DNA from: a virus
Lineage: Duplodnaviria; Caudoviricetes
Reading direction: 5' to 3' (one strand)
Length of the DNA stretch: 64,000 bases
Virus record (IMG/VR): IMGVR_UViG_3300042477_000769
A program made the position numbers and the translations under genes. Numbering within the stretch: the stretch's first letter is position 1; every line of letters begins with the position of its first letter. Shown here in pieces: positions 38,405-48,258 of this stretch. The notes under the pieces are model-generated. The model was given only the letters and a program-made list of their open reading frames with translations. It made no database searches and was not told the DNA's origin.

Positions 38405-39391
38405 ATGAAACTATCTACCAAAATTCTTATTGGATTAAGTGCTTTTTTAGTAATTTTAATTTTTGCTTTTATGATTTTCAATCAAATCAAAATGCAATTA
38501 CAACAAGAGGCCATTCAAAATCAGTTAATTGAACAAAAAGAATTAACTGATAATATCATGCGCAGTCAAAATAGTGTAGTCACTAAAGATGATTTGCTAA
38601 AAATGATTAAAGATAATAATATGGATTTAGATGCTATTCAAAAAGATTTAGCTTCTTTGAAAGCCGAAATCCAAGCGGTTAATATGTTAATGGTGAAAAG
38701 TCAACGTCAATATGCGAATAATATTCCCACTACTCCAGGAACAGTAACTAACCCTAATCCTGTAGATCCTGCTAATCCAGATCCTTTTGGATACATGCAA
38801 CGCCAACAATCGTTAGCAATCTCAGAACAATTTCAAGGACTGAGCATTCCTTTTGGAAGTGTAGGATTTAGCGCCTGGCAAGAGAAGCCCTGGAATATAG
38901 ATATTTTTGCTAGAGAATATCATGTCAATACAGTAGTCGGTAAAGATGAGAATGGTAGAAGTCATTTTTATAATAAATTTAGTATTAAAACTAACGGTCA
39001 AGAATATGAAGTACCGATTACAACAGCTATCAGCCAGCAAACATTACCAGAACCTAAATGGTATTGGTGGAATCCGCAATTATTCTTAACGGCTGGAGGA
39101 AGCATTAATGTTACTGAGTTACCAGTAAATGGTACTTTTAATGCCGGTATGACTTTTGGATTTATGTCATGGGGTAAATTTAGATATGCGCCTGATATTA
39201 GTGTGCTCCAGGCAGGTGTTGGATACTCATCTAATAGTAATGAATTTGCGGTGATTATTAATCCAGTAGCATTTAATATTGGCAATGCAGTAGATGCTGA
39301 TATATTAGGCAATACCTACCTAGGACCCTCTTTGCAAGTTACACATACAGGAAATGTATTTGCTGGGACCAATTTAAGCATAGGATTCTGA
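38405..39391 (+). CDS. Membrane-anchored protein: N-terminal TM helix, coiled coil, C-terminal beta-strand-rich domain ending in Phe
   Basis: ILIGLSAFLVILIFAFMIF TM segment, heptads LDAIQKDLASLKAEIQAV, amphipathic strands ending GNVFAGTNLSIGF. A spanin-like role is inference only. Confidence 0.5.
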   Translation: MKLSTKILIGLSAFLVILIFAFMIFNQIKMQLQQEAIQNQLIEQKELTDNIMRSQNSVVTKDDLLKMIKDNNMDLDAIQKDLASLKAEIQAVNMLMVKSQRQYANNIPTTPGTVTNPNPVDPANPDPFGYMQRQQSLAISEQFQGLSIPFGSVGFSAWQEKPWNIDIFAREYHVNTVVGKDENGRSHFYNKFSIKTNGQEYEVPITTAISQQTLPEPKWYWWNPQLFLTAGGSINVTELPVNGTFNAGMTFGFMSWGKFRYAPDISVLQAGVGYSSNSNEFAVIINPVAFNIGNAVDADILGNTYLGPSLQVTHTGNVFAGTNLSIGF

Positions 39392-39393
39392 TA

Positions 39394-40230
39394 ATGTCAC
39401 ATTTATATATATTTACTTTAACTTGGAACGCTGTTGATAAATTATCTAAATTAAAAGAATCATTGTTACCAGCTTTGCAGGAAATTGATTACACTTGGCT
39501 TATTAAAGATAATGCTTCTAAAGATAATACAGTAGAAGTAGCGTCAGCCTGGGGCGATAATATCAAAGTTCTTCCTTATAAAGATAATAGGCAGAATTTT
39601 TCTGAAGGAATGAATTATTGTTTTAATGCGGCTACCCCTAAAGATAATGATTTAGTATTATTATTAAATAATGATGTCATCTTTAATGACACTAAATCAT
39701 TAAAACATATGATACAAATCATGACTCATAATCCAGAAGTTGGAGTAGTGGGGAGTCGATTATTATATAATAATACAAATAAATTACAGCATGCAGGAGT
39801 GATTTTTGACTCTCATATGAGAATGCCATCTCATTTTAGGCTTAATGAAATAAGTGATGCTTCTGCTGAAAAAAATAGAGAGTTTCAAGTTGTTACTGGG
39901 GCAGTTTTATTAACTACTGGGGAAAACTATAAAAATATTTGTACTACTAATGCATCTTCGAATAAAGGGATGGATGAGAAGTATCATTGGGCATTTGATG
40001 ATGTAGATTTATGTTTATCTATTAAATATAATTTAAATAAGAAAATTGTATATTGCGGGCAAACTAATATCTTTCATGAAGAAAGTGCTACCTTGAAAAA
40101 GAATCCAGTTAATAAACTGTTTATGAGTCATAATGCCAATTATTTAAGAGATAAATGGAAGGGTCGCTACCTAGCTGACAAAGAGTTATATTATAGCAAT
40201 ATTAATCAAGGATTATTTCAATCTAAATGA
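39394..40230 (+). CDS. GT-A fold glycosyltransferase, family 2
   Basis: LIKDNASKD, NFSEGMN, LLLNNDV, VGSRLLY..KLQHAGV, VVTGAVLL, FDDVDLCL, HEES. Confidence 0.88.
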   Translation: MSHLYIFTLTWNAVDKLSKLKESLLPALQEIDYTWLIKDNASKDNTVEVASAWGDNIKVLPYKDNRQNFSEGMNYCFNAATPKDNDLVLLLNNDVIFNDTKSLKHMIQIMTHNPEVGVVGSRLLYNNTNKLQHAGVIFDSHMRMPSHFRLNEISDASAEKNREFQVVTGAVLLTTGENYKNICTTNASSNKGMDEKYHWAFDDVDLCLSIKYNLNKKIVYCGQTNIFHEESATLKKNPVNKLFMSHNANYLRDKWKGRYLADKELYYSNINQGLFQSK

Positions 40231-40243
40231 GGGCCTAAAGACC

Positions 40244-41194
40244 ATGAATAAAATATTAATAACAGGTACTTGTGGATTCATTTTTAGCAATTTTATTCGT
40301 CGAGCTATTTATGAAAAGCAGCCCTATACTTTTGTCAGTATCGATAGGGTAGCTGGCAATGCTAATACTCTATATTCTCATAAGAATCATATTTTTCATT
40401 TGGCTGATATTCGAGACCAACATATTATAGATAAGATTTTTCAATTTGAACAACCAGATATTGTTATCCATGGTGCAGCTGAAAGTTTTGTTGATTATTC
40501 TTTAACTGACCCTAATTCTTTTATTACCAGTAATGTTCTCGGAACTCAAGTAATTATTAATGCCTGTCTTAAACATAAAATTAAAAAACTAATTTATATT
40601 AGCACAGATGAGGCCTATGGTCAATTAACTAGTGAATCTGACGCCTCTTGGACCGAAGACGCTCCACTCAATCCTAGAAATCCATATGCGGCTTCTAAAG
40701 CAGCAGGAGAGCTGATGGTCAAGGCGGCCCACCAATCTCATGGCCTAATTTATAATATTACTCGTAGTTCTAATAACTATGGTCCTCGTCAAACTCCAGA
40801 AAAGTTAATCCCAAAGGCAATTAAATGTATTATGGAAAATCATAGTATTCCAATTTATGGTCAAGGATTACAAATTAGAGATTGGACTCATGTGTCTGAT
40901 AATTGCTCCGCTATTTTAACTGTTCTTAATCATGGGCAACCTAATGAAATATATAATATTTCCGCCAATCAAGAATTTCCCAATATTGAAGTAATTCAAA
41001 AGATTTGTAATGCTATGGAATCAGGACACAATTTAATTCAGCATATTACGGATCCTAGAGGAGGCCATGATTTTAGATATAGTGTAGACTCTTCTAAGAT
41101 TAGATCGTTAGGATGGAAACCCAATTATAAATTTAAAAATGGTATTGTAGAAACTGTGGAATGGTATAAACTTAATCAGTGGTTTCTCAAGTGA
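40244..41194 (+). CDS. rmlB: dTDP-glucose 4,6-dehydratase (RmlB/RfbB-like)
   Basis: HGAAESFVD, STDEAYG (TDE catalytic), YAASK, NNYGPRQTPEKLIP, RDWTHVSD, GHDFRYSVD. Third Gly of GxxGxxG is replaced (TGTCGFIFS). Confidence 0.85.
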   Translation: MNKILITGTCGFIFSNFIRRAIYEKQPYTFVSIDRVAGNANTLYSHKNHIFHLADIRDQHIIDKIFQFEQPDIVIHGAAESFVDYSLTDPNSFITSNVLGTQVIINACLKHKIKKLIYISTDEAYGQLTSESDASWTEDAPLNPRNPYAASKAAGELMVKAAHQSHGLIYNITRSSNNYGPRQTPEKLIPKAIKCIMENHSIPIYGQGLQIRDWTHVSDNCSAILTVLNHGQPNEIYNISANQEFPNIEVIQKICNAMESGHNLIQHITDPRGGHDFRYSVDSSKIRSLGWKPNYKFKNGIVETVEWYKLNQWFLK

Positions 41195-41245
41195 TATATA
41201 TCAGGCACGGCGATATGGCCTTATATTAAATAAATTAGGAGAATA

Positions 41246-42604
41246 ATGTCTGCGACAACAATAACAGAAGAAAATAAGTCAGAACCAATAGTAGATGATC
41301 TCTCGCAAGTAGAGGTAAAAAAAGAAAATAATGTAGATCCCAATATATTAGCAGCTTTAAAAGCTAAAAGTCAAGCCAAACAACAGGAGAGTAAGATGGC
41401 CAATAAAATTGTTTCAAAAAAAGAACGCAGTATTGTGTTAGGAGTATTAGGCTCAGGACAAGCTGGTTCCAGATTAGCTGAAGCTTTTTATAAATTAGGA
41501 TATGATTCTATTGTAGTAAATACTGCCATGCAGGATTTAAAGTTTATTGATATTCCAGATTCTAACAAATTATTATTAGAGTATGGTTTAGGTGGCGCGG
41601 CTAAAGAAATAGAAATTGGCAAAGCAGCCGCAGAAGCTCATCGAGGAGAAATTAGCCAACTAATAAATGATAAGTTGTCAACTAGTCAGGTCAATGTCTT
41701 ATGCCTCAGTTTAGGTGGAGGATCGGGAGCTGGTTCATGTGAAACTATAGTAGATATTTTATCTGAAACAGGTAAACCGTTAGTAGTCATGACAGTCTTG
41801 CCCATGGATACTGAGGATGCTCAAACTAAAGCTAATGCCTTAGAAACATTATCTAAATTAGCTAAAGCTACACAAAATAAGAAAATAAATAATCTTATTG
41901 TCGTTGATAATGCTAAGCTGGAAGCTATTTATTCTAATGTTGGGCAAATGGATTTCTTTGGTGTAGCGAATAAAGCGATTGTAGAAACTATTGACGTTTT
42001 TAATACCTTATCGGCCATGCCTTCTTCTGTGAAAAGTTTAGACCCTATGGAATGGGGTAAATTATTTACTGATGGTGAGGGATTAACCGTGTACGGCGAA
42101 TTAACGGTAAATAATTTTGCTGAAGAAACGGCTATTGCTGAAGCAGTAGTTAATAATTTAAATGGTAATTTGTTAGCTGGAGGATTTGATTTAAAACAAT
42201 CTAGATATGTTGGTGTTATTATTGCAGCCAATAAAGAGACTTGGGCTAAAATTCCAAGTTCTAGCATTACATATGCCATGGCCATGGTAAATGATCAGTG
42301 TGGAAATCCAAAAGGAGTTTTCAAAGGAATCTACACTGTAGAAACTCCAGATCCTGTAGTAAAAGTTTATTCTATGTTCAGCGGATTACTATTACCAATG
42401 TCACGTGTAGAACAATTAAAGAAAGAAACTCTTGAATTACAGAATAAAACAAAAACTAAAGATGAACATCGAACACTTAATTTGCAACTAGATTCAGGAA
42501 CTAACGAATCCGTCTCTGCCGCACAAAAAGTGAAAGAAAAAATCGCTGCCAAAAACTCAGCTTTTGGTAAGCTGGTAGGCGGAATAGTGGATCGTAGAAA
42601 ATAA
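41246..42604 (+). CDS. Tubulin/FtsZ-superfamily GTPase (PhuZ/TubZ-like)
   Basis: GVLGSGQAGSRLA, VNT, GLGGAAK...GKAAAE, tubulin signature LGGGSGAG, VLP...E, IVVDN, plus a retained C-terminal domain (YSMFSGL). Confidence 0.85.
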   Translation: MSATTITEENKSEPIVDDLSQVEVKKENNVDPNILAALKAKSQAKQQESKMANKIVSKKERSIVLGVLGSGQAGSRLAEAFYKLGYDSIVVNTAMQDLKFIDIPDSNKLLLEYGLGGAAKEIEIGKAAAEAHRGEISQLINDKLSTSQVNVLCLSLGGGSGAGSCETIVDILSETGKPLVVMTVLPMDTEDAQTKANALETLSKLAKATQNKKINNLIVVDNAKLEAIYSNVGQMDFFGVANKAIVETIDVFNTLSAMPSSVKSLDPMEWGKLFTDGEGLTVYGELTVNNFAEETAIAEAVVNNLNGNLLAGGFDLKQSRYVGVIIAANKETWAKIPSSSITYAMAMVNDQCGNPKGVFKGIYTVETPDPVVKVYSMFSGLLLPMSRVEQLKKETLELQNKTKTKDEHRTLNLQLDSGTNESVSAAQKVKEKIAAKNSAFGKLVGGIVDRRK

Positions 42605-42645
42605 ATAGTTGTGGCATCCAAGGAATTGGCTGCCATAGCCCAGTT

Positions 42646-42852
42646 ATGTATTTTAAAACTATTCAAGATAATAATTCTTCTATTGAAGACATCCATTATG
42701 AATTAATGGTTGCCATTAAGCTGGCATTAGAAAATCTATCAACCTCTTCTATAAATATTGCAGAAAAAGAAAAGAAGATAAAATATCTACAAACTTTACA
42801 GAATAAAATTATTAACTCTCCAGAAATAGTAGAATTCTTTTCTTCTACCTAA
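42646..42852 (+). CDS. Hypothetical protein (68 aa)
   Basis: Fills the gap between the tubulin and lysin genes. No TM segment. Confidence 0.5.
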   Translation: MYFKTIQDNNSSIEDIHYELMVAIKLALENLSTSSINIAEKEKKIKYLQTLQNKIINSPEIVEFFSST

Positions 42853-42881
42853 TCAATATTAAATCATTAGACAGAGGTCTT

Positions 42882-43598
42882 ATGATTGAAGGAATTGACG
42901 TTTCTAGATGGCAAGGTAAAATTGATTGGCAAAAAGTGGCTGATAGCAAATTAATAGAATTTGCCGTCTGTAAAGCTACTGAAAGAAATAAAGTTGATAG
43001 AGAGTTTAAAAATAATTGGGAGAAAATACCCCAAGTAGGTTTAATTAGAGGCGCCTATCATTTTGCTAGAACAGATAATACTTTCATTCAAGAGGCTGAC
43101 CATTTTTTAAATACTCTTGGCCCGTTAACGGCTACTGATATGTTGGTTTTAGATATTGAAGAATCAACTATTAAAGGAACTGCCTTTACAGATTGGGTCT
43201 TGGGTTGGTTAGAATATGTCGAACAAAAAACTGGAAAGGTTCCCTTTGTTTATACGTATGGCCCATTCTGGGCAGCTCATATTGGAAAGCCATCTTTAGA
43301 TGTTATTAAAAAATTTCAAAAATATCCATTATGGTTAGCAGCCTATACTAAGAATCCAGATATTTTTATTCCATCTATTTGGAAACAAAATAGTTGGACT
43401 ATTTGGCAAAAAAGTGGAAACATTGCTGCGCCTGGAGAACCATTATTTTACGTTCCTGGCATTACCGGACCTGTGGATCGTAATGTATTTAGAGGAACAT
43501 CTGTAGAATTTAAACAGTTATTATTAAACTTACATGTTCCTTTGGTTGGAATGACAGGTGAGGCGGTTGATACTATTATTGATAGTTCAGAAGATTGA
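42882..43598 (+). CDS. GH25 muramidase, probable endolysin
   Basis: GIDVSRWQGKIDW, KATE, RGAYHFAR, LVLDIE (DxE), LWLAAY, WTIWQ, VDRNVF. SD GAGG. Confidence 0.9.
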   Translation: MIEGIDVSRWQGKIDWQKVADSKLIEFAVCKATERNKVDREFKNNWEKIPQVGLIRGAYHFARTDNTFIQEADHFLNTLGPLTATDMLVLDIEESTIKGTAFTDWVLGWLEYVEQKTGKVPFVYTYGPFWAAHIGKPSLDVIKKFQKYPLWLAAYTKNPDIFIPSIWKQNSWTIWQKSGNIAAPGEPLFYVPGITGPVDRNVFRGTSVEFKQLLLNLHVPLVGMTGEAVDTIIDSSED

Positions 43599-43664
43599 AT
43601 TTTAGCAAAATAATAGCCATTTATGCAAGATATATAATCTAGCATAACCCTTGCTATTATCATC

Positions 43665-45179
43665 ATGACTAAAATATTAATTAAAGAAAATAACTGTCAA
43701 ATAACAGAAGAGAACGATGCTAATCATCTATTAGCTTTAGATAAACATTTATCCTTTTATGTTCAGGGAGCGGAACATACTGCAGCTTATCGTGGATTTT
43801 TTAATCGTGAAGGTGATTTTATTAAGTGGGATGGTTTTAAGAAGTTATTAACCCCCACCTTACAATTCCCAAGCGGATTATTAGACAGAGTTAAAGATTT
43901 TTATTATGAAGCTAATAAAACTTTTGAAATAGTAGATAAGCGAGCCCCCAAATCTATAGGAAACGAAAGGCTAATAATTCATAATTTAAAAAAAATGGGC
44001 AAGCCGCCCTACCCCTATCAGTTAGAAATTCTGGATGTCATTGACAAAAATGATCGAGGAATTATTAAAGTAGCTACGGGCGGAGGCAAGAGCCTCATTG
44101 CGGCCTTAATTTCCGCTAAATTAGGAAAAAAAGCAATTATTTATGTTATTGGAAAAGACTTATTATATCAATTTCATGACTTCTTTAGCGAAGTGTTTGA
44201 TGAAAAGATAGGTATTATTGGTGATGGTAAATGTGAAATATATGATATTAACATTGCCAGTATTTGGACTATTGGTCAAGCTATAGGAATGGATAAGAAG
44301 AAGATCCTGTTAGATAGCGAAAATGATGAGGAAGAACTTAATACAAATAAATATGCTGAAATTCTCAATATGATGAAACAAACTAAAGTTCATATTATTG
44401 ATGAATGCCATATGTCAGCCTGTGAAACAATTCAGCAAGTTTTTAAAAAAACTCATGCAGAACACCTTTATGGTTTAAGTGGAAGTCCTTGGCGAGATGA
44501 TGGTGCCGATTTATTAATTGAGTCAATCTTAGGAAGATACATCGTAAATATTTCGGCATCTTCTCTAATAGAAAAAGGTTATTTGGCCCAACCTCTAATT
44601 AGATTTAGAGTAGTACCACCATATCATTATGAATTAGATGGAGGTTACCAATCTATTTATAAAAAGTATGTAGTAGAAAATGAAGTTCGAAATGGTTTAG
44701 TGCTAGAAGCTACTCGTACTTTAGTTGATAAAGGTTATCAAACTTTAGTGCTATTTAATAGTTTAAAGCATGGTAAAATTTTGCATTCATTGTTTAAACA
44801 ACATATGAAGGTAGCTATTTTAGATGGCTCTAATTCTAAAGAAGAAAGAGAGCAAGTTAAAGAAGATTTGCTTAATAAAAAAATTGATTGTGTCTTAGCC
44901 TCTAGAATTTTTGATATTGGAGTAGATATTCCAAGTTTAGCTGGTTTGGTAATTGCGTGTGGAGGCAAATCCAGCGTCAAGGCGTTACAAAGAGTAGGCA
45001 GAGTAATTAGACGTTATCCGGGTAAAAAATTTGCAGTTATTATTGATTTTATTGATCAAGTAATGTATTTAGAGCATCATTCAAAAGCACGGTGTAAAAT
45101 TTATAAATCAGAAAAAGGATTTGATGTCTCTTGGCCTTCTTCTTATAAAAAGAAAAAATCTAAAAAACAAGTCGAGTAA
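43665..45179 (+). CDS. Superfamily 2 DNA helicase (UvsW/XPB-like)
   Basis: Walker A ATGGGKS, DECH, GLSGSPWRDDG, IFDIGVDIPSL, QRVGRVIR. Confidence 0.9.
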   Translation: MTKILIKENNCQITEENDANHLLALDKHLSFYVQGAEHTAAYRGFFNREGDFIKWDGFKKLLTPTLQFPSGLLDRVKDFYYEANKTFEIVDKRAPKSIGNERLIIHNLKKMGKPPYPYQLEILDVIDKNDRGIIKVATGGGKSLIAALISAKLGKKAIIYVIGKDLLYQFHDFFSEVFDEKIGIIGDGKCEIYDINIASIWTIGQAIGMDKKKILLDSENDEEELNTNKYAEILNMMKQTKVHIIDECHMSACETIQQVFKKTHAEHLYGLSGSPWRDDGADLLIESILGRYIVNISASSLIEKGYLAQPLIRFRVVPPYHYELDGGYQSIYKKYVVENEVRNGLVLEATRTLVDKGYQTLVLFNSLKHGKILHSLFKQHMKVAILDGSNSKEEREQVKEDLLNKKIDCVLASRIFDIGVDIPSLAGLVIACGGKSSVKALQRVGRVIRRYPGKKFAVIIDFIDQVMYLEHHSKARCKIYKSEKGFDVSWPSSYKKKKSKKQVE

Positions 45180-45182
45180 AAA

Positions 45183-45779
45183 ATGAAAAATAAAGTAGAA
45201 ACTAATATTTCATTAGAAGGTGCGCCTAATGAAAAATATGCTAAGTTCTTTGAAAAATTTAAAGAAATAGAAACTTTAGAAGTAGCTAAATGGAATGCGA
45301 CCCATGTGTTAGCTTACTTTTGCAAGAAGTATGAAGATCAATATCAAGTAAAGTATTCTTTTAAATTTAATAGTTCATCACCTATTAAATGTTTTGAAGT
45401 ATTTCAAATAAAAAGATTAGCTATGTTGTTAAGCAGTAACCCAACTATATTAAAAGAATATATTGATTGGGTGTATGAAAATAAGGTAGTAAAAGCTAAA
45501 AGAAGATTAACCTCTATTTCATTTTTAACTAATGAAATTTTAGTTGCCGATTATAAAAATAAAGTTCTTTTATCTGGAAAGCGCAATCTTAATGTCGATC
45601 GTTCTTCTCCTTTGCCAGCTGAATATCAGTCTGTTTTTCAGGAAATTGGAATTTTTGCACAAAGTTATGGCGATTTAGCCTTTTTATTTCAAATGGAAAA
45701 AACCCCAGAATTAGAATTAGCCATTCAAAAATTAAATGAAATGGGCTTTGATAATTCTATCATTGCTAGAATAGTCTAA
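45183..45779 (+). CDS. Hypothetical protein, possibly replication-initiation related
   Basis: Helical protein two genes upstream of the DnaC-like loader. Role inferred from synteny only. Confidence 0.45.
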   Translation: MKNKVETNISLEGAPNEKYAKFFEKFKEIETLEVAKWNATHVLAYFCKKYEDQYQVKYSFKFNSSSPIKCFEVFQIKRLAMLLSSNPTILKEYIDWVYENKVVKAKRRLTSISFLTNEILVADYKNKVLLSGKRNLNVDRSSPLPAEYQSVFQEIGIFAQSYGDLAFLFQMEKTPELELAIQKLNEMGFDNSIIARIV

Positions 45780-45781
45780 TT

Positions 45782-46183
45782 ATGTTTCCTCAAATTGGTC
45801 AACATGTTAAATGTGTATTTAAAACAGGATTTATTGCAGAAGGTATAGTAGAGGAATGGTCGCCTCAAGGCGCCAAATTACTATCAATAGATAAAAAAAG
45901 CTATTTATTAATAGTAAATCCGTCTCAAGACTTAATGTTAATTAAAATTATTTTTTCTACAATAGAAAAAAATAATGAGACTTATTCAATCGAAAAAAAT
46001 AATTCAACTATTGATCCTTTTAATCCTGATTATAATAAAAATTTAACTCAGCTATATAGAGAAAAAGCCGAACAAGATCGAAAAATTCTTATTGAAAAAA
46101 TAAGAGAACATCGCCCCTCGATAAGTGCACCAAAGGTAACATATGAGCAACCTAGATTTAGTACGAAGCCGAGCCTTAAATAA
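45782..46183 (+). CDS. Hypothetical protein (133 aa) with a small beta-barrel-like N-terminus
   Basis: IGQHVKCVFKTGFIAEGIVEEW...KLLS pattern. Confidence 0.55.
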   Translation: MFPQIGQHVKCVFKTGFIAEGIVEEWSPQGAKLLSIDKKSYLLIVNPSQDLMLIKIIFSTIEKNNETYSIEKNNSTIDPFNPDYNKNLTQLYREKAEQDRKILIEKIREHRPSISAPKVTYEQPRFSTKPSLK

Positions 46184-46850
46184 TATTCCATATAAAAAAT
46201 TATTAGATATCTTAGAAACTATTAATAATAGCGAAGATACACTTCAAAATAAAAGCGTAAAATTAACTGCCATTAACAGATATGCTGAAAGTAATATTCC
46301 AATTGAATATTGGCCATTAAAAATGGAACGCGATTTTAATGGAGATCCTAGGTTATTAGCTAAATACAATGAATATATTGCTGATGTGAAAAAATCTTTT
46401 ATTGATGGAACATCTATTTGTTTGGCGGGCAATCATGGGTGTGGTAAAACCATGACCACCACCTGTATTCTTAAAAAAGCATCTCACAAAGGATATCAAT
46501 GCTTATATACTACTTTAAGCGATATTGTTTCAGTATTAACAGCAGGATCTGGAGAAGATAAGTATTTAGCTAGACGCGAATTAGTATTAGTCGATTTTTT
46601 AGCTATTGATGAATTTGATTCTAGATTTATGCCATCAGAAAATGCTTCTGATTTATATGCTAGAAGTTTAGAAAGTGTATTTAGAACACGAAGCCAAAAT
46701 AAACTTCCAACTTTAATGTGTACTAATAGCCCTAACCCTATTGAAAGTTTCAACGGACCGTTAAAGGCAAGTATTGATTCTTTAATGAAAGGATACATTA
46801 AAGTATTTTCTGTGGCGCCTGGTAAAGATTTTAGAAAGGAAAAAGCATGA
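46143..46850 (+). CDS. DnaC/IstB-like AAA+ ATPase (helicase loader)
   Basis: Walker A GNHGCGKT, Walker B LAIDEF, R.QNKLPTLMCTN. ATGA overlap with dnaB. Confidence 0.8.
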   Translation: MSNLDLVRSRALNNIPYKKLLDILETINNSEDTLQNKSVKLTAINRYAESNIPIEYWPLKMERDFNGDPRLLAKYNEYIADVKKSFIDGTSICLAGNHGCGKTMTTTCILKKASHKGYQCLYTTLSDIVSVLTAGSGEDKYLARRELVLVDFLAIDEFDSRFMPSENASDLYARSLESVFRTRSQNKLPTLMCTNSPNPIESFNGPLKASIDSLMKGYIKVFSVAPGKDFRKEKA

Positions 46851-48250
46851 GCAATAATTTAGATCTAGTAGTATTAAAAACGTTATTAAATCATAAAAAA
46901 CATGCTCTTGACTTTGTGAACGAATATGATGCTAAATTATTTGCGCCAGAAGTTTGGAATTTTGCCAATGTAGTTATCACCTATATCAAAACGTATAAAG
47001 AACTCCCTACTCTTCGAGTCTTAACAGAAAGATTATCTAAAACAAATAATCCTAATTTTGTTGATGCTATTACTAAAATATGGGAACAAACTGAAAATGT
47101 AGTCGCTCATGATAATGAGTATAAACATGATTTAGATAAGCTCAAAAAAAGATTTGCCGAAAAACAATTATTACATGTTAAGGATAATTTTTCTAAATTA
47201 GAACCAGGCGCTATTGATGTTAATAAAACAATAATTGATCTACAAAAAACAGTTCAATCAATTAAGTCTTTAAATCAAGTTAAAGCATATGAAAGAAAAA
47301 CTTTAAAAGATGCGGTGCCTGTCTTTCGAGAAGAATATAATGCTAAATTAAACGATCCTCATTTTGATCAAGGTATTAAAACACACTATTCTTATTTAGA
47401 TAGTGTAACAGATGGTTTACGCCCCGGAGAACTACTATTAGTAGCCGCTGAATCTGGTGCTGGTAAATCAATGTTGCTTATGAATTTGGCCATCCAAATT
47501 TGGATGCAGAAAAATACTATAGAGATGACTTCTGATTTTACTGAGGGACATAGCGTGCTGTATTTTTCTTTAGAAATGCCCTTTAAGCCTTGTCTTAATC
47601 GCGTACTCTCTCGTTTATCGTGTACTCCTTCGAAAAAAATTCGAGCTGCGACCTTAGAACAAGAAGAGGCTACGAAACTAAAAAAAGCCTTAAAATTTAT
47701 TAATAATTACCCTCATCAATTTGAAATAGTAGATATTCCTCGTGGTGCCACAATGGAAAGTTTAGAACTGATTTATGAGGAAGCTAAAGCTATTTATGAT
47801 CCTAAAATAATCGTTATTGATTATTTAGGCTTAATGGATTATGATGGCGGCGAGATGGATGATTGGTTAAAACTAGGTAAAATTTCTGAAAAAATACATG
47901 AATTTGCTAGAGTTCATAATTGCATCGTATTAAGCGCAGTTCAATTAAATAGAAGTAAGGGGAAAGATCAAGAAGATAAAATTGGATTGCATCGTATTGG
48001 TAGATCTGCATTAATTATGCAAAATGCCAATATTGCCATTCAAATTGAAACTAGACCCAATGAAAAAGATTATCCTGATATGAAATATCACCTGATTAAA
48101 AACAGAGATGGTGAATTAGGATATGCTAGTTTAACAAAAAATTTATCTTATGGCACATTATTGGATGTTGCTCCAGATGAAGATGATACTCATTTTGAAA
48201 TGAGAAATCCAGATGATATCTCTGCCAAGATTGAATTATTAGATATATAG
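46847..48250 (+). CDS. dnaB: DnaB-like replicative helicase
   Basis: GLRPGELLLVAAESGAGKS, YFSLEM, IVIDYLGLM, SAVQLNR, IKNRDG. Confidence 0.9.
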   Translation: MSNNLDLVVLKTLLNHKKHALDFVNEYDAKLFAPEVWNFANVVITYIKTYKELPTLRVLTERLSKTNNPNFVDAITKIWEQTENVVAHDNEYKHDLDKLKKRFAEKQLLHVKDNFSKLEPGAIDVNKTIIDLQKTVQSIKSLNQVKAYERKTLKDAVPVFREEYNAKLNDPHFDQGIKTHYSYLDSVTDGLRPGELLLVAAESGAGKSMLLMNLAIQIWMQKNTIEMTSDFTEGHSVLYFSLEMPFKPCLNRVLSRLSCTPSKKIRAATLEQEEATKLKKALKFINNYPHQFEIVDIPRGATMESLELIYEEAKAIYDPKIIVIDYLGLMDYDGGEMDDWLKLGKISEKIHEFARVHNCIVLSAVQLNRSKGKDQEDKIGLHRIGRSALIMQNANIAIQIETRPNEKDYPDMKYHLIKNRDGELGYASLTKNLSYGTLLDVAPDEDDTHFEMRNPDDISAKIELLDI

Positions 48251-48258
48251 GCAAAAAA

